IMG/VR virus record: IMGVR_UViG_3300045988_174153
DNA from: a virus
Length of the DNA: 49,561 nt
Reading direction: 5' to 3' (one strand)
The position numbers and the translations under genes were made by a program. The notes under the pieces are model-generated. The model was not told the origin of the DNA and did no database searches. It saw nothing but the letters and a program-made list of their open reading frames with translations. This document shows positions 40,201 through 48,542 of the stretch, in pieces (the first letter of the stretch is position 1; every line of letters begins with the position of its first letter).

Positions 40201-42088
40201 GATCGCCGCCAGCATCGCCACCGGGAAGGACTTTTCGAAGGAGGCCTCGGCTTCGCTGCAGGGCCTCGGGAAGTCCTCCACGGCCGCTTTGCCGTCCATC
40301 AAAGACCTGGGTAAGGCCCTCGACCAAGGCTTCGCGAGGGGCGCCAGGAACGCCGCCAAGCACGCCAAGAAAGCTCGGCATAGGACGAGGAAACTCGGGG
40401 ACCGAGCGAAGAAGGCGGGTAAGAAGATCAAGGAAGCGGCGAAGGAAATAAAGACCTTCACCGACTACATCAGCGAGCTGTCCTCCGTGGCGAATGCGGC
40501 TTTCAACTTCCGGTGGGAGTTCCCCAAGTCGTTGGATGAGACGGCGAAATCGTTCAAGACGATCAAGTCGTACTTCGAGAACGCGGCGAAGGACGCGCAG
40601 TCCGCGAATAAGGAAATCGGCGACGCCAATAAGTCGATCGAGGAAACGCGCAACAAGATAGCCGAACTGGACGCCGAGCTATCGAAGCTGCAGTCAGACC
40701 GGAACAAATTGACTTTTCAACTAAAGGTGGCCGTCGACTACGGAGATACGCTGCGAGCCGACGACATCCGCGCCGAGTTGCAGAAGAACGCCGTCGCACA
40801 GCAGAAGAACCGCACGGATCGGAAGAATGCCGAAGGCGATCAGGCCGGCAATTACCAGAAACTGTACGAGGCTATGCAGAAGCTCTCGGACGCACAGCAG
40901 AAGGCGCGGCGCGACCTGGCGGGCTTCTCGGACGCCGCTAGGGAACAGCGTGGCAACGTGCTGTCCCTCGTCGAGGCATACCAGAAGCAGGTGCTCGCAT
41001 ATGCTAACACGGGCGCCAGTCAACAGCAGGTGCTCGCATACGCATCTGCCCTGCGTGCTGAGTTCATCAACAACATGACATCGATGGGTTACTCTCGTGC
41101 GGAGACCGAGCGATATGCGGCGACGTTCACGGACCTGTCGAAGGTGATCAATGGCGTCCCGAGGAACTTCACGGTGGGCGTGAACGCAGACCCGGCGCTG
41201 CGCGCCCTCTCCGACCTGGAGGCGAAGAACCGCAAATCGCAGCATTCGATGGACGACAACCGCGACGCGGCCGACAAGCTCGGCAACTCGCTGAACAACA
41301 CGGGCGGAGATGCAGCCGGCCTCGGAGGAGCCCTCGGCGGAGGCGGCGTCGGCGGGGCTGCCGAGCAAGCGGCCGTGACGTTCCAGCAGCTCGGGCAGAT
41401 CACGGGCAACATCGGCGCGGAGATGTGGAAGGCCGCAGGCTCGGCCAACACAGCCGCACACGGACTGGGCAACATGGGCAATCAGGCTCACGGCTCAGCC
41501 TACTCGATGGACGTAGCAGGCAACAAGGCCGGTTGGATGTCATACGCGATCAACGGCATCCGAGAGGCCGGCTACGGGGCGTTCAGCAACATCATCAGCA
41601 GCGCACAGCAGGCGGGGTTCTCGTTCAACCAGGCTGCAACCGACGCCATTAACCTGTGTAATCGTGTGCGGGATCTTCGAAGCCTGTCGGTGGGTCAGTT
41701 CATGTTCGGTTTCAACCAGGCATGGGGTTTCTCCACAGGCGGCAAGGTCGGCGGGTCCTCGTACAGCGGAGGCAAGCAGTCCACGGACACGGTGCCGGCC
41801 ATGCTGACGCCCGGCGAGTTCGTCATCAACAGGCAGGCCGCACAGACCGTCGGCTACGGCTTCCTGGAGGCCGTCAACTCCGGCCGCGCCGCTGCCTCAG
41901 GTGCCTCGGCTGCGTCGTCCGGCGGTGCAGGAGGCGGGTTCGGCGGGGGTCCGATCCTCGTCGAGCTGTCCGGAACGGACAGGCATATCCTTGTGAGCGC
42001 GGTCAACAAACCGACAGTGATAGACGGCAATGCTATAGTGGGGATGGTCAACGGCTCTAACGCCATGGCATCGAGGAGAGGAGCATAG
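37265..42088 (+). CDS. Tape measure protein
   Basis: 1607 aa, Ala/Gly/Gln-rich coiled-coil character, position. GTG 37265 or ATG 37268. Confidence 0.9.
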   Translation: MMPDIKQTIEFNVQGTSELHEAAESINTIAQALDNIKGKVVGADIGKGLDGAGRGGREAGEGFDRAGRAAEEAKSRISNMRYALYDVAAVMQNISKATIGAFTTVVKESMDYESAFAQVKRTNDIAGKSADELRGKLEQMAASVTTTNFKDLSNIAALGGQLGVAKESITDFTETVAKLSATTDLSLDKSGETIARFQTIMGTTGQNFDNIASSILKVGVNSAATESQIANTSTQISAMGKFAGMTEYQVVGLSGALASIGVAPELSRGVITRMFTQMQKAIRGGGDELNLFARVAGVSAQEVQSAWGTSKFSDIFVKFIAGLKNQGQGAIGVLKDLGIKASRDVPTILRLAEAHKTLEQTMKDAESGYNDSKTLNDQYQQIASTTAGKLEMLKNSWANLKAEIGRSSNSGIGDMLGSLTGLVTVLTNLVQNPAAQWVAKLAGAFLTAGGIMAGYYAKQALVLGGAYALTTAQRSMGIAMQHPITSIRSLLSALAETVKLYKLSTVSVNEQTGALYKNAGAARGAAASQRAAGQAAASQSAAGAAAGGAGQAAGAMGTAEKATSGLMGALKGLAAGAGISLFFTGLAKVTESWTKRSEAARAEAKALQQAQADLAQSVMQDTKAFEEGGSAAYVFAKATNKAGESMSSQLFSTSDANAQTKALAQAQELLAQKTGQSTDEISKQTYAIGENSLKKMAEQIAGNTGFKQFGDEQLATLRQMGFSVQEYSKLVTQGNSEMTDSQKKLAELYRQNGFGSIADDIERSTQKSSQYIDSFKNKIQEMVASGKISWFDGEKILDTLKKIDDNAHQTFDGVRNESDLAAQTMKGLKGDTADAADEMDNMGEKADKAAKELKKVVDSALSGDEAFVNLEDAVANLGESLYKNGMNFDEFSEAGRSNLKALYAVVRQAAEASGGDAEVMNAYIQQIMQLLRSHGVGSVQVLERVEQRLHAVANKATQSANQISKAAVLAQKAGNAIGMIAASIATGKDFSKEASASLQGLGKSSTAALPSIKDLGKALDQGFARGARNAAKHAKKARHRTRKLGDRAKKAGKKIKEAAKEIKTFTDYISELSSVANAAFNFRWEFPKSLDETAKSFKTIKSYFENAAKDAQSANKEIGDANKSIEETRNKIAELDAELSKLQSDRNKLTFQLKVAVDYGDTLRADDIRAELQKNAVAQQKNRTDRKNAEGDQAGNYQKLYEAMQKLSDAQQKARRDLAGFSDAAREQRGNVLSLVEAYQKQVLAYANTGASQQQVLAYASALRAEFINNMTSMGYSRAETERYAATFTDLSKVINGVPRNFTVGVNADPALRALSDLEAKNRKSQHSMDDNRDAADKLGNSLNNTGGDAAGLGGALGGGGVGGAAEQAAVTFQQLGQITGNIGAEMWKAAGSANTAAHGLGNMGNQAHGSAYSMDVAGNKAGWMSYAINGIREAGYGAFSNIISSAQQAGFSFNQAATDAINLCNRVRDLRSLSVGQFMFGFNQAWGFSTGGKVGGSSYSGGKQSTDTVPAMLTPGEFVINRQAAQTVGYGFLEAVNSGRAAASGASAASSGGAGGGFGGGPILVELSGTDRHILVSAVNKPTVIDGNAIVGMVNGSNAMASRRGA

Positions 42089-42090
42089 GA

Positions 42091-42894
42091 ATGCCTAAAC
42101 GACCCAAAGTGTGGTTCGGCACACTGAATGACATGCGTTGGATAGACGCCCCTGTGGCTAACTTCCAGAGCAACAGCACAGGGTTCAACTACAGCGCCAC
42201 GACGCTGAGGGGCGACGGCTTCGCCAAACGGTCGGCATTGACGCACAGGGAGTTCACGCTCACCTGGGCGGCCAACACCGTGGCTGAGCACGCTGCCCTG
42301 CTGTACCTGCTGTCCACCAACGAGCTGCTTTACTACGTGGACCCGCTGGCGATGAAGACGAACCTCCTGCCACTGTTCATGTCCCACTACATCCCGAACG
42401 CTACTGTTTTCACCGACGACATCCCGCACGTAGCCACACCGGGCGCCTACAACGGCGCACCGGCGTGGTCGTGGAACCCGGCGTGGATCTGGCAGATCGG
42501 CCAGAAGATCCACTGGCCGGAGGGCTACAAGTTGTGGGCGGGGTGCCGCGGGGACGGAACGATCCAGATAAACGACACGGCGGTGACGGCGGTGAGCGAG
42601 TTCGACGGGCGCTACGTGACGACGATGATCCCTACGAACAACATCAGCAACCCGTGGGGCGAGGTCCAGATGTGGGCGAGCTCTCGGATTTCGAGTATCT
42701 GTGTGCGAGCCTACCCTGAGACGCAGGTGAAGACGATCAACGATGTCCCTAACAACTACGGGCCGTTCCTGCCCGGCATGGGTTACGGCGCGCTACAGCA
42801 GAAGGAGCCGTATTCGATACAGGAGTACAGCGCGGCCATCGACGGGTACGAGGTAGCCGTGACCGCGACGTTCGTTGAGAAGGTGCTGCTGTGA
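42091..42894 (+). CDS. Distal tail protein (Dit-like) / minor tail protein
   Basis: First gene after the tape measure gene. Confidence 0.55.
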   Translation: MPKRPKVWFGTLNDMRWIDAPVANFQSNSTGFNYSATTLRGDGFAKRSALTHREFTLTWAANTVAEHAALLYLLSTNELLYYVDPLAMKTNLLPLFMSHYIPNATVFTDDIPHVATPGAYNGAPAWSWNPAWIWQIGQKIHWPEGYKLWAGCRGDGTIQINDTAVTAVSEFDGRYVTTMIPTNNISNPWGEVQMWASSRISSICVRAYPETQVKTINDVPNNYGPFLPGMGYGALQQKEPYSIQEYSAAIDGYEVAVTATFVEKVLL

Positions 42895-44369
42895 GCATTG
42901 CGCCCGAGCCTTTCGAATACAGGACGGACCGCTCACTGGAGAGCTTCTCCGCACAGTGGGATCGAATGTCGTACAGCGTCCCGGGCGGCACCAAGGGTTA
43001 CCCTGTTATGACGTTGACGGACAGGTTCTTCAAGCCTGCGGACGTGTCGACGACATGGACGAACAAGCACCCTGTGTCGAGTGTGTACGAGTTCCGTGGT
43101 GATGTGCGAACGTTCACCTCCAACTACTCGACGAACACCGTGACCGTCGACGACTTGTGCTATAAGCTCAAGCAGGTAAAAGTCGTCCCCACTCAGTACA
43201 ATAATTTCCGGAACGTGGTAGTCGAGCTGTTCAAGCTGTGCGACTATGACAAGGTGTATGTGGACGGCTTCATCAAGTCCGACCAATACAACCCGATTAT
43301 CATGGCGCCGGGCGGGTCGTTCAACGTGTGGGATTACCTGAACACTTTGTGCGCCGTTCACAACGTGTATATGCTTCGTCAGAACTCGAACCTGCTGTTT
43401 CTTCGCGACAATAACTTCCTGAAGGAACACATGAACAACGTGACGGGCATGAGCTACAGCGTGGACCTCGCACAGTCCACTAAGACCGTGAAGACGACGT
43501 ATAGACCCATGCGTTACGCCTACAACGAGTACTTGCCGTTAAGCAAAGAGTCTAAAGACACGATCATCCAAGTGGACGCCCGGAAGACCGTTGAGCAGAC
43601 GATCACGCTCGACGCCTACGTGATCGAAGCCATGACCCCGTGGGTGACCCAGTGCAAAGACTACATTCCTTCGAAGGACACGTCGGGGCTGGAGTATACG
43701 GCGTACTGCGTCGCCGGCAACGACGGGCTCCCGATCACGGCGTCCCAGTGGTTGGGGCAGGGTGGTAGCCTCTCTGTCCGACTCGACCCGAAGAACCATA
43801 ATCAGATCATCGTGACTGTGCGCGGAATGGTGACGTCCGACTACTCGCCGTTCCGCATCGCAGCTTCCTCGGGGCCGTCCAACTACTACAACTCGCTGCG
43901 CTTCCGGGGCACCGGGCTGGTTATGGGTCCGGAGGATACGTACGTGACACACACGGGATCGTCGACACTGGGTAGCGACGAGGAGCAGATCAATAACCCG
44001 TTGATCAACACCCCGTCGCTGGCTATAGACAACAGCCTCCGGGCCGTATGGGAGAAGTCGGGGTCGATCCCGACGATCACACTCACGTCACCAAACCTGG
44101 AGTCGCGTACGCCATCAACGACTGGGAATGACTTGTTCCTCGCGTCTGGGTCGGCCTTCGACTATGGCGGGGACCGGTTCATGACGACGCACGTCGACAT
44201 GAACAATCAGGAGATTACGGTGACGGCCACGTCACGGATCACCTGCGACGAGTTTTCCAACAAGATCGATACGGGTGTTTCGCTAGCCGATTACGAGGCG
44301 AAGATCCCGAAGACGATCTACAATGTGTTCCAGTTCAACCAACCGCACAAGGAGTACATGCCGGAATGA
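42891..44369 (+). CDS. Tail-associated (Tal-like) / minor tail protein
   Basis: Second gene after the tape measure gene. GTGA overlap. Confidence 0.55.
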   Translation: MSIAPEPFEYRTDRSLESFSAQWDRMSYSVPGGTKGYPVMTLTDRFFKPADVSTTWTNKHPVSSVYEFRGDVRTFTSNYSTNTVTVDDLCYKLKQVKVVPTQYNNFRNVVVELFKLCDYDKVYVDGFIKSDQYNPIIMAPGGSFNVWDYLNTLCAVHNVYMLRQNSNLLFLRDNNFLKEHMNNVTGMSYSVDLAQSTKTVKTTYRPMRYAYNEYLPLSKESKDTIIQVDARKTVEQTITLDAYVIEAMTPWVTQCKDYIPSKDTSGLEYTAYCVAGNDGLPITASQWLGQGGSLSVRLDPKNHNQIIVTVRGMVTSDYSPFRIAASSGPSNYYNSLRFRGTGLVMGPEDTYVTHTGSSTLGSDEEQINNPLINTPSLAIDNSLRAVWEKSGSIPTITLTSPNLESRTPSTTGNDLFLASGSAFDYGGDRFMTTHVDMNNQEITVTATSRITCDEFSNKIDTGVSLADYEAKIPKTIYNVFQFNQPHKEYMPE

Positions 44370-44980
44370 TACCCAATAAGAACCTCGGCGCCGGCGACAC
44401 GTGGGGTACGTGGGTGCAGGACGAGATCTCATCCATCAATTCAGGTCTCAGCAACTTAGGGATTGGGGGTGTGCGCAACTCCCTAAATGGGCTGATGTCG
44501 AACCTGGACAACACCAATAACAAGCTATCTTTCCGGACTCTTACAGGCGATTTGCGTATGCTTGGCCCCAATTCTGATAATGTAATGATGTCCGAGAGTA
44601 TATTGAACTACCCTGAGAACGGGAGGGGTTATTTGAACTTCCTCTTCTTCGGTAGTGGTCGTTACGTGAATAAGGGCTCTTCTGATGCATTTCGATCGAA
44701 GATGCAGTTGGTGCTCCAAACCGCTTGGACACCGCCGGGTGGAACGCAGACGAAGTATGAAGAGTACTACGTTTCGCAGATGCCGGGGATGTTCAATGGT
44801 GAGATTAATGTTGGATACTACGACCTCTACGCCTTCTACAACCTGACGGTGCCGCGCGTCACACAGGTAGTTTTCCGGCTCATCGGGGAAAACCGGTTGA
44901 CTAACAACCCAGATCCGAAAGAATACAACTACTTCAACGGCACTATACTGGTGATGGAGTCCAACCAGCCTAACACGTAA
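44366..44980 (+). CDS. Minor tail / receptor-binding candidate
   Basis: ATGA overlap. Lower GC by eye. Confidence 0.5.
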   Translation: MIPNKNLGAGDTWGTWVQDEISSINSGLSNLGIGGVRNSLNGLMSNLDNTNNKLSFRTLTGDLRMLGPNSDNVMMSESILNYPENGRGYLNFLFFGSGRYVNKGSSDAFRSKMQLVLQTAWTPPGGTQTKYEEYYVSQMPGMFNGEINVGYYDLYAFYNLTVPRVTQVVFRLIGENRLTNNPDPKEYNYFNGTILVMESNQPNT

Positions 44981-44991
44981 AGAGAGGAAAA

Positions 44992-45540
44992 ATGGCTACA
45001 ACCGACAGCAATGGGATCGCGCACATCGAGGGCACGGACCCGGTCAAACCCCTGCAAGGTTTGTTCAACACGATATCTTCTTCCGTGTCCAACGTAGTGG
45101 GCAAACTGCGGAGGCAGGTCATCTACCCGGTGAAGTCGCGGTGGGATGCACAGAACAAGGTTGAAGAGCTGAAGCGCCAGGGTGTGGAGGGCACGGCTGA
45201 CGAGCCTATCGTCTTCAACATCTTGAACGACCGTATCCAGCTACAGCATGACGGCTCGGGGTTCACTTATTTCAGCGCACAAATGGCGGTTCTAGCAGCC
45301 GGGGTGTTCGAGACCGGGTACCAAAGGTGGAACCTATATGATATAAAATCGTTCACTGTGCCCTTCCCCGAGGAACTTGACCGCATCCCGCGTTCGCTCC
45401 TGTGCCAGGTCACAGACGCCATCACGCACAGTATCATTGCATTCCCGGTGGATAAGAAACAGTTCGGCGTTGCCACAGCGTGTAACTGGAAGTGGGGTGT
45501 TGACTCAAACGTCCACGTCAGCTGGGTGGCCCTCGGCTGA
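44992..45540 (+). CDS. Minor tail / fibre-like protein
   Basis: SD AGAGAGGAAAA. The N-terminus GIAHIEGTDPVKPL resembles tail-fibre N-termini of actinophages (from memory). Confidence 0.5.
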   Translation: MATTDSNGIAHIEGTDPVKPLQGLFNTISSSVSNVVGKLRRQVIYPVKSRWDAQNKVEELKRQGVEGTADEPIVFNILNDRIQLQHDGSGFTYFSAQMAVLAAGVFETGYQRWNLYDIKSFTVPFPEELDRIPRSLLCQVTDAITHSIIAFPVDKKQFGVATACNWKWGVDSNVHVSWVALG

Positions 45541-45558
45541 CAACGGCGTAAGCGCATA

Positions 45559-45591
45559 GAAGAAGCCCCCGCATTGCGCGGGGGCTTCTTC
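45559..45591. terminator. Bidirectional terminator at the convergence of the two arms
   Basis: GAAGAAGCCCCCGC attgc GCGGGGGCTTCTTC. Confidence 0.75.
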
Positions 45592-45882
45592 CTACTCACC
45601 TGCCTTATAGCGTCTCCACCACCGGTGGATGTCTGTGTTCGGCGTGTACAGCCAACTCGGTCCTATGATGTTGAACAGCACGTCGATGAACCTGTGCGAG
45701 CCGTTACCCTGGCCGTTCCAGGGGTGGGACGAGAACGGGTCGTCGGCGTCCCACTCGAAGACTGGGCCGATGCCCGCCTTCCCAAGGCGCACAGCCAGCT
45801 CAAAGCAGTCTTCGATGTGCAGCGCCTCATTGTCGTAGCAGTACTTCCTGATCCACCTCGCGGTGTTCCATTTCTTGATCAT
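45592..45882 (-). CDS. Hypothetical 96-aa protein downstream of the methyltransferase
   Basis: ATG 45882 overlaps the dcm stop (TGATG). Confidence 0.6.
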   Translation of the reverse strand: MIKKWNTARWIRKYCYDNEALHIEDCFELAVRLGKAGIGPVFEWDADDPFSSHPWNGQGNGSHRFIDVLFNIIGPSWLYTPNTDIHRWWRRYKAGE

Positions 45883-46817
45883 CAATTGGTCCTTTCCCTT
45901 GTCAGTTGCATGAGACCATGATAAAAGGCCTCGGAAGCTTGTTGGGGCGTGCATGCGTTCCCGAGCGCTGCCAATTTGGCCATGCGCGACACGTCGTCCG
46001 CGTCAGCCACCCACCCCTTCGGGAAACCCATCATCCACTCGACGAACTCTACGTTGAGAGCCCCCCTGGGCTTCGCCAGTGGAGGGGCCCCGCGACCGAA
46101 TGTTCTCTCCCAACGCTCGATGGCCGCTCCGTAGGAAGCCATCACTTCGTCCTCGCTCCACTGCTTAAGGTCGTAGAAGGACGGGTGTTTGGAATACCTG
46201 GGGCTTTTCATGCCATCCATGCGGGACCGATTGGGTGTCGGCAGGTAGTGTAGCCGTATGTCAGGCTTCACTTCGACTAGCTGTGCGTTGAAAGGGGTTA
46301 CCCACTTCTCCGTCCGTTCGGCGAAGACGAAGAGCCTGCTTCTTTTGTGCGGCATGCCGAGACGACTCGCAGGGAGGATCACAGAGCTCGTCGAGTAGTC
46401 AGCTTCGTTCAACATGCCCAAGAGCACGTCATATGCGCCATTCGTGAGAGCCCCTGTGACGTTCTCCCACAGGACATAATCAGGCTTCTTCGCGTTCACG
46501 GCTTCGACGAACGTGTAGAGTAGAGAACTCTTCTCACATTCCAGCCCCTTACGGGTCCCGAGGTGGGAGAAGTCTTGACAGGGGGTCCCTCCAGTGATGC
46601 AGTCTACGTCGGGGACCTTGGTCCAATCGATTTTCGTTACATCCCCGAGATTGGGCACCCCGCGGAACATGGTTAAGTGTTCGAGTATCTTCAGCGCATT
46701 CCCGTCGGTCTCCGCTACCCACTCGATCTCGTTGCCATACGGAGCAATGGACGTCACTGTGTCGCATACCCCGAGCTCCAATCCGCCTATGCCTGTGAAA
46801 AGCGATCCTATCTTCAT
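45882..46817 (-). CDS. dcm: DNA (cytosine-5)-methyltransferase
   Basis: Motif I LFTGIGG, motif IV GGTPCQDFS, motif VI LWENV, motif VIII HKRSRLF, motif X GNA. ATG 46817 overlaps the upstream stop (ATGA). Confidence 0.85.
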   Translation of the reverse strand: MKIGSLFTGIGGLELGVCDTVTSIAPYGNEIEWVAETDGNALKILEHLTMFRGVPNLGDVTKIDWTKVPDVDCITGGTPCQDFSHLGTRKGLECEKSSLLYTFVEAVNAKKPDYVLWENVTGALTNGAYDVLLGMLNEADYSTSSVILPASRLGMPHKRSRLFVFAERTEKWVTPFNAQLVEVKPDIRLHYLPTPNRSRMDGMKSPRYSKHPSFYDLKQWSEDEVMASYGAAIERWERTFGRGAPPLAKPRGALNVEFVEWMMGFPKGWVADADDVSRMAKLAALGNACTPQQASEAFYHGLMQLTRERTN

Positions 46818-47278
46818 TTCCATCCTCTCTCGTACGTGGGTTTGTGATGTGCGCGCTCCACCAGGAAAGCAACAGCATGCCGTGCGGCCTCCCGCCTGTC
46901 GTGGTGGTGATCCTCGACCTTCTCGAATAGGAGGCCGAGCTTGCGGAGGTTCTCATCACGGACAAACATCCGCTGTTGTGGTGTGCGCCACACAATCTCT
47001 TTTCCAAGGAACCGGCCGAAAACGTGGACGGCGCCCTCGACGCGAACCGGGTTGATGTCGGCTCCGGGGATGTTGCGGTTGACATACTTCTCGCACACCA
47101 CAACATCTGGCTGCACCATGCGGTCGAACATTCGCTTGTAGAACCAGTCGTAGGTCTCCTCGGTTCCAGGGTTCCACGAGTTGAGGAGCTTGGCCGGCTT
47201 GTCGCCCCCATAACCGAGGAGGACGATGCCGGTGGTACCCCCGACCCCGCAAGGGTCGATGGCCAGTAGCGTAGTCAT
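46814..47278 (-). CDS. RuvC-like Holliday junction resolvase
   Basis: LAIDPCGVGGTTGIVLL (first catalytic Asp) and C-terminal HHHDRREAARHAVAF. Confidence 0.65.
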   Translation of the reverse strand: MTTLLAIDPCGVGGTTGIVLLGYGGDKPAKLLNSWNPGTEETYDWFYKRMFDRMVQPDVVVCEKYVNRNIPGADINPVRVEGAVHVFGRFLGKEIVWRTPQQRMFVRDENLRKLGLLFEKVEDHHHDRREAARHAVAFLVERAHHKPTYERGWK

Positions 47279-47293
47279 TACTGGTTCACTCCC

Positions 47294-47737
47294 TCAGAGC
47301 CCGTGGTACTGCTGTGCGTAGCCCCAGTATCCGCCGTCGACGAATGACCGGGAGGCCGGGTGGTAATAGTAATGTGCCTCGCTTCCTGTATCGCCTCGTT
47401 CAGCCTCTTCGCCGATTTGCGAAGCTGCCAGTCCAGAAGTGCTATAGCCACCGCCCATGCCAGCAGCATAATAACGACCCAGATATTCGTAGTATTTCCT
47501 TTCCTTCGCTTTATTACCCCACAGGTAGTCGATCAACAGGCAGATGAACACACCGTAGTGAAATGGCCATGCCCAGACTGTCCACATGAAGGGGCGGATG
47601 CGTGTGTCGTAGTTTTCAATCCCTCGGTCGCCTCTTGTCGCCCAGATTTGGTAGGCGACGAGGTGTGCAATGGCGCCGATGAAGAGGACGAAGATGATGA
47701 GTTGCGTCTCGTTGAGGTTCGTTGCTGTGTTCGACAT
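47294..47737 (-). CDS. Membrane protein with Gly/Tyr-rich C-terminus
   Basis: ATG 47737 after GAAAGAAAGGAGCC. Two hydrophobic helices. Confidence 0.65.
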   Translation of the reverse strand: MSNTATNLNETQLIIFVLFIGAIAHLVAYQIWATRGDRGIENYDTRIRPFMWTVWAWPFHYGVFICLLIDYLWGNKAKERKYYEYLGRYYAAGMGGGYSTSGLAASQIGEEAERGDTGSEAHYYYHPASRSFVDGGYWGYAQQYHGL

Positions 47738-47822
47738 GGGGTCGGCTCCTTTCTTTCTCCATGTCTCCAGGGTATCGAGAGGAACCGACCCCGTCAAGTC
47801 GTCCGGCTGTGTCGTCCGTCAC

Positions 47823-48542
47823 TTATGCGAGCCTGAGGATATAGCGGTCGAAGCCGGCGGCCTGTACGCATTCGACGAGCTCCCGTCGGCGTTTCTCCCA
47901 GCGCTTCCTGTCCCACGAAGCGGCCATTAACTGGAATGCCACCGGCGTACCCTCTGTGCGAGCCTCCTGCAAGGCGAAGGTGCGCACACCGACCAACCTC
48001 AACTGGGAGACGAGGTCTTCGAAATTGTAGTCGATGAGCGACTCGGGGTAGACGGTTGTGCGAACTTCGTAGTCAACTCCGGACTCCAAAACGAGGTCAA
48101 GGGTCCTCCAGACTTTGTCTCCTCGCACACCGACGGCTTTCTTGTAGTCCTCGGGTCGTGCTTTCACGTCGAGCCCAACCCAGTTGACGACGTGCATCAT
48201 GCGCTCCAGCCGATCGGGGAACATCCCGGACGTGTGGACTCCGATCCCGAAACCGAGATCGGCGGCGGACTCAGCGGCAGGGATGACCGCCTCCTGGCGC
48301 AGTGCCTCTCCACCTGTGAAGACGACGCCGTCGAGCAGCCCCCTCCTTCTCTTAAGGAAACCCTCGACGTCGCCCCACGGAATGACGCCAGGCGTACGGT
48401 TATCGAGGATGGCGGAGTTCTGGCAATAAGGACACCGAAGCGGACAGCCCTGGCAGAACACGGTGGCTACGAGCCGGCCGGGCCAGTCCACCGACGACAG
48501 CGGTACCAGCCCGGCCACCTGAAGGTCGTTGCTTTCGCTCAC
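47823..48542 (-). CDS. nrdG: Anaerobic RNR activating enzyme NrdG (radical SAM)
   Basis: CQGCPLRCPYCQN (CxxxCxxC). GTG 48542 overlaps the nrdD stop (GTGA). Confidence 0.85.
   Translation of the reverse strand: MSESNDLQVAGLVPLSSVDWPGRLVATVFCQGCPLRCPYCQNSAILDNRTPGVIPWGDVEGFLKRRRGLLDGVVFTGGEALRQEAVIPAAESAADLGFGIGVHTSGMFPDRLERMMHVVNWVGLDVKARPEDYKKAVGVRGDKVWRTLDLVLESGVDYEVRTTVYPESLIDYNFEDLVSQLRLVGVRTFALQEARTEGTPVAFQLMAASWDRKRWEKRRRELVECVQAAGFDRYILRLA

Noticed and set aside
37265-42088. Looked for embedded lysozyme or peptidase domains in the tape measure protein
   Set aside because: No catalytic motif was recognised by eye. The sequence is coiled-coil and Gly/Ala-rich throughout, so no claim is made.
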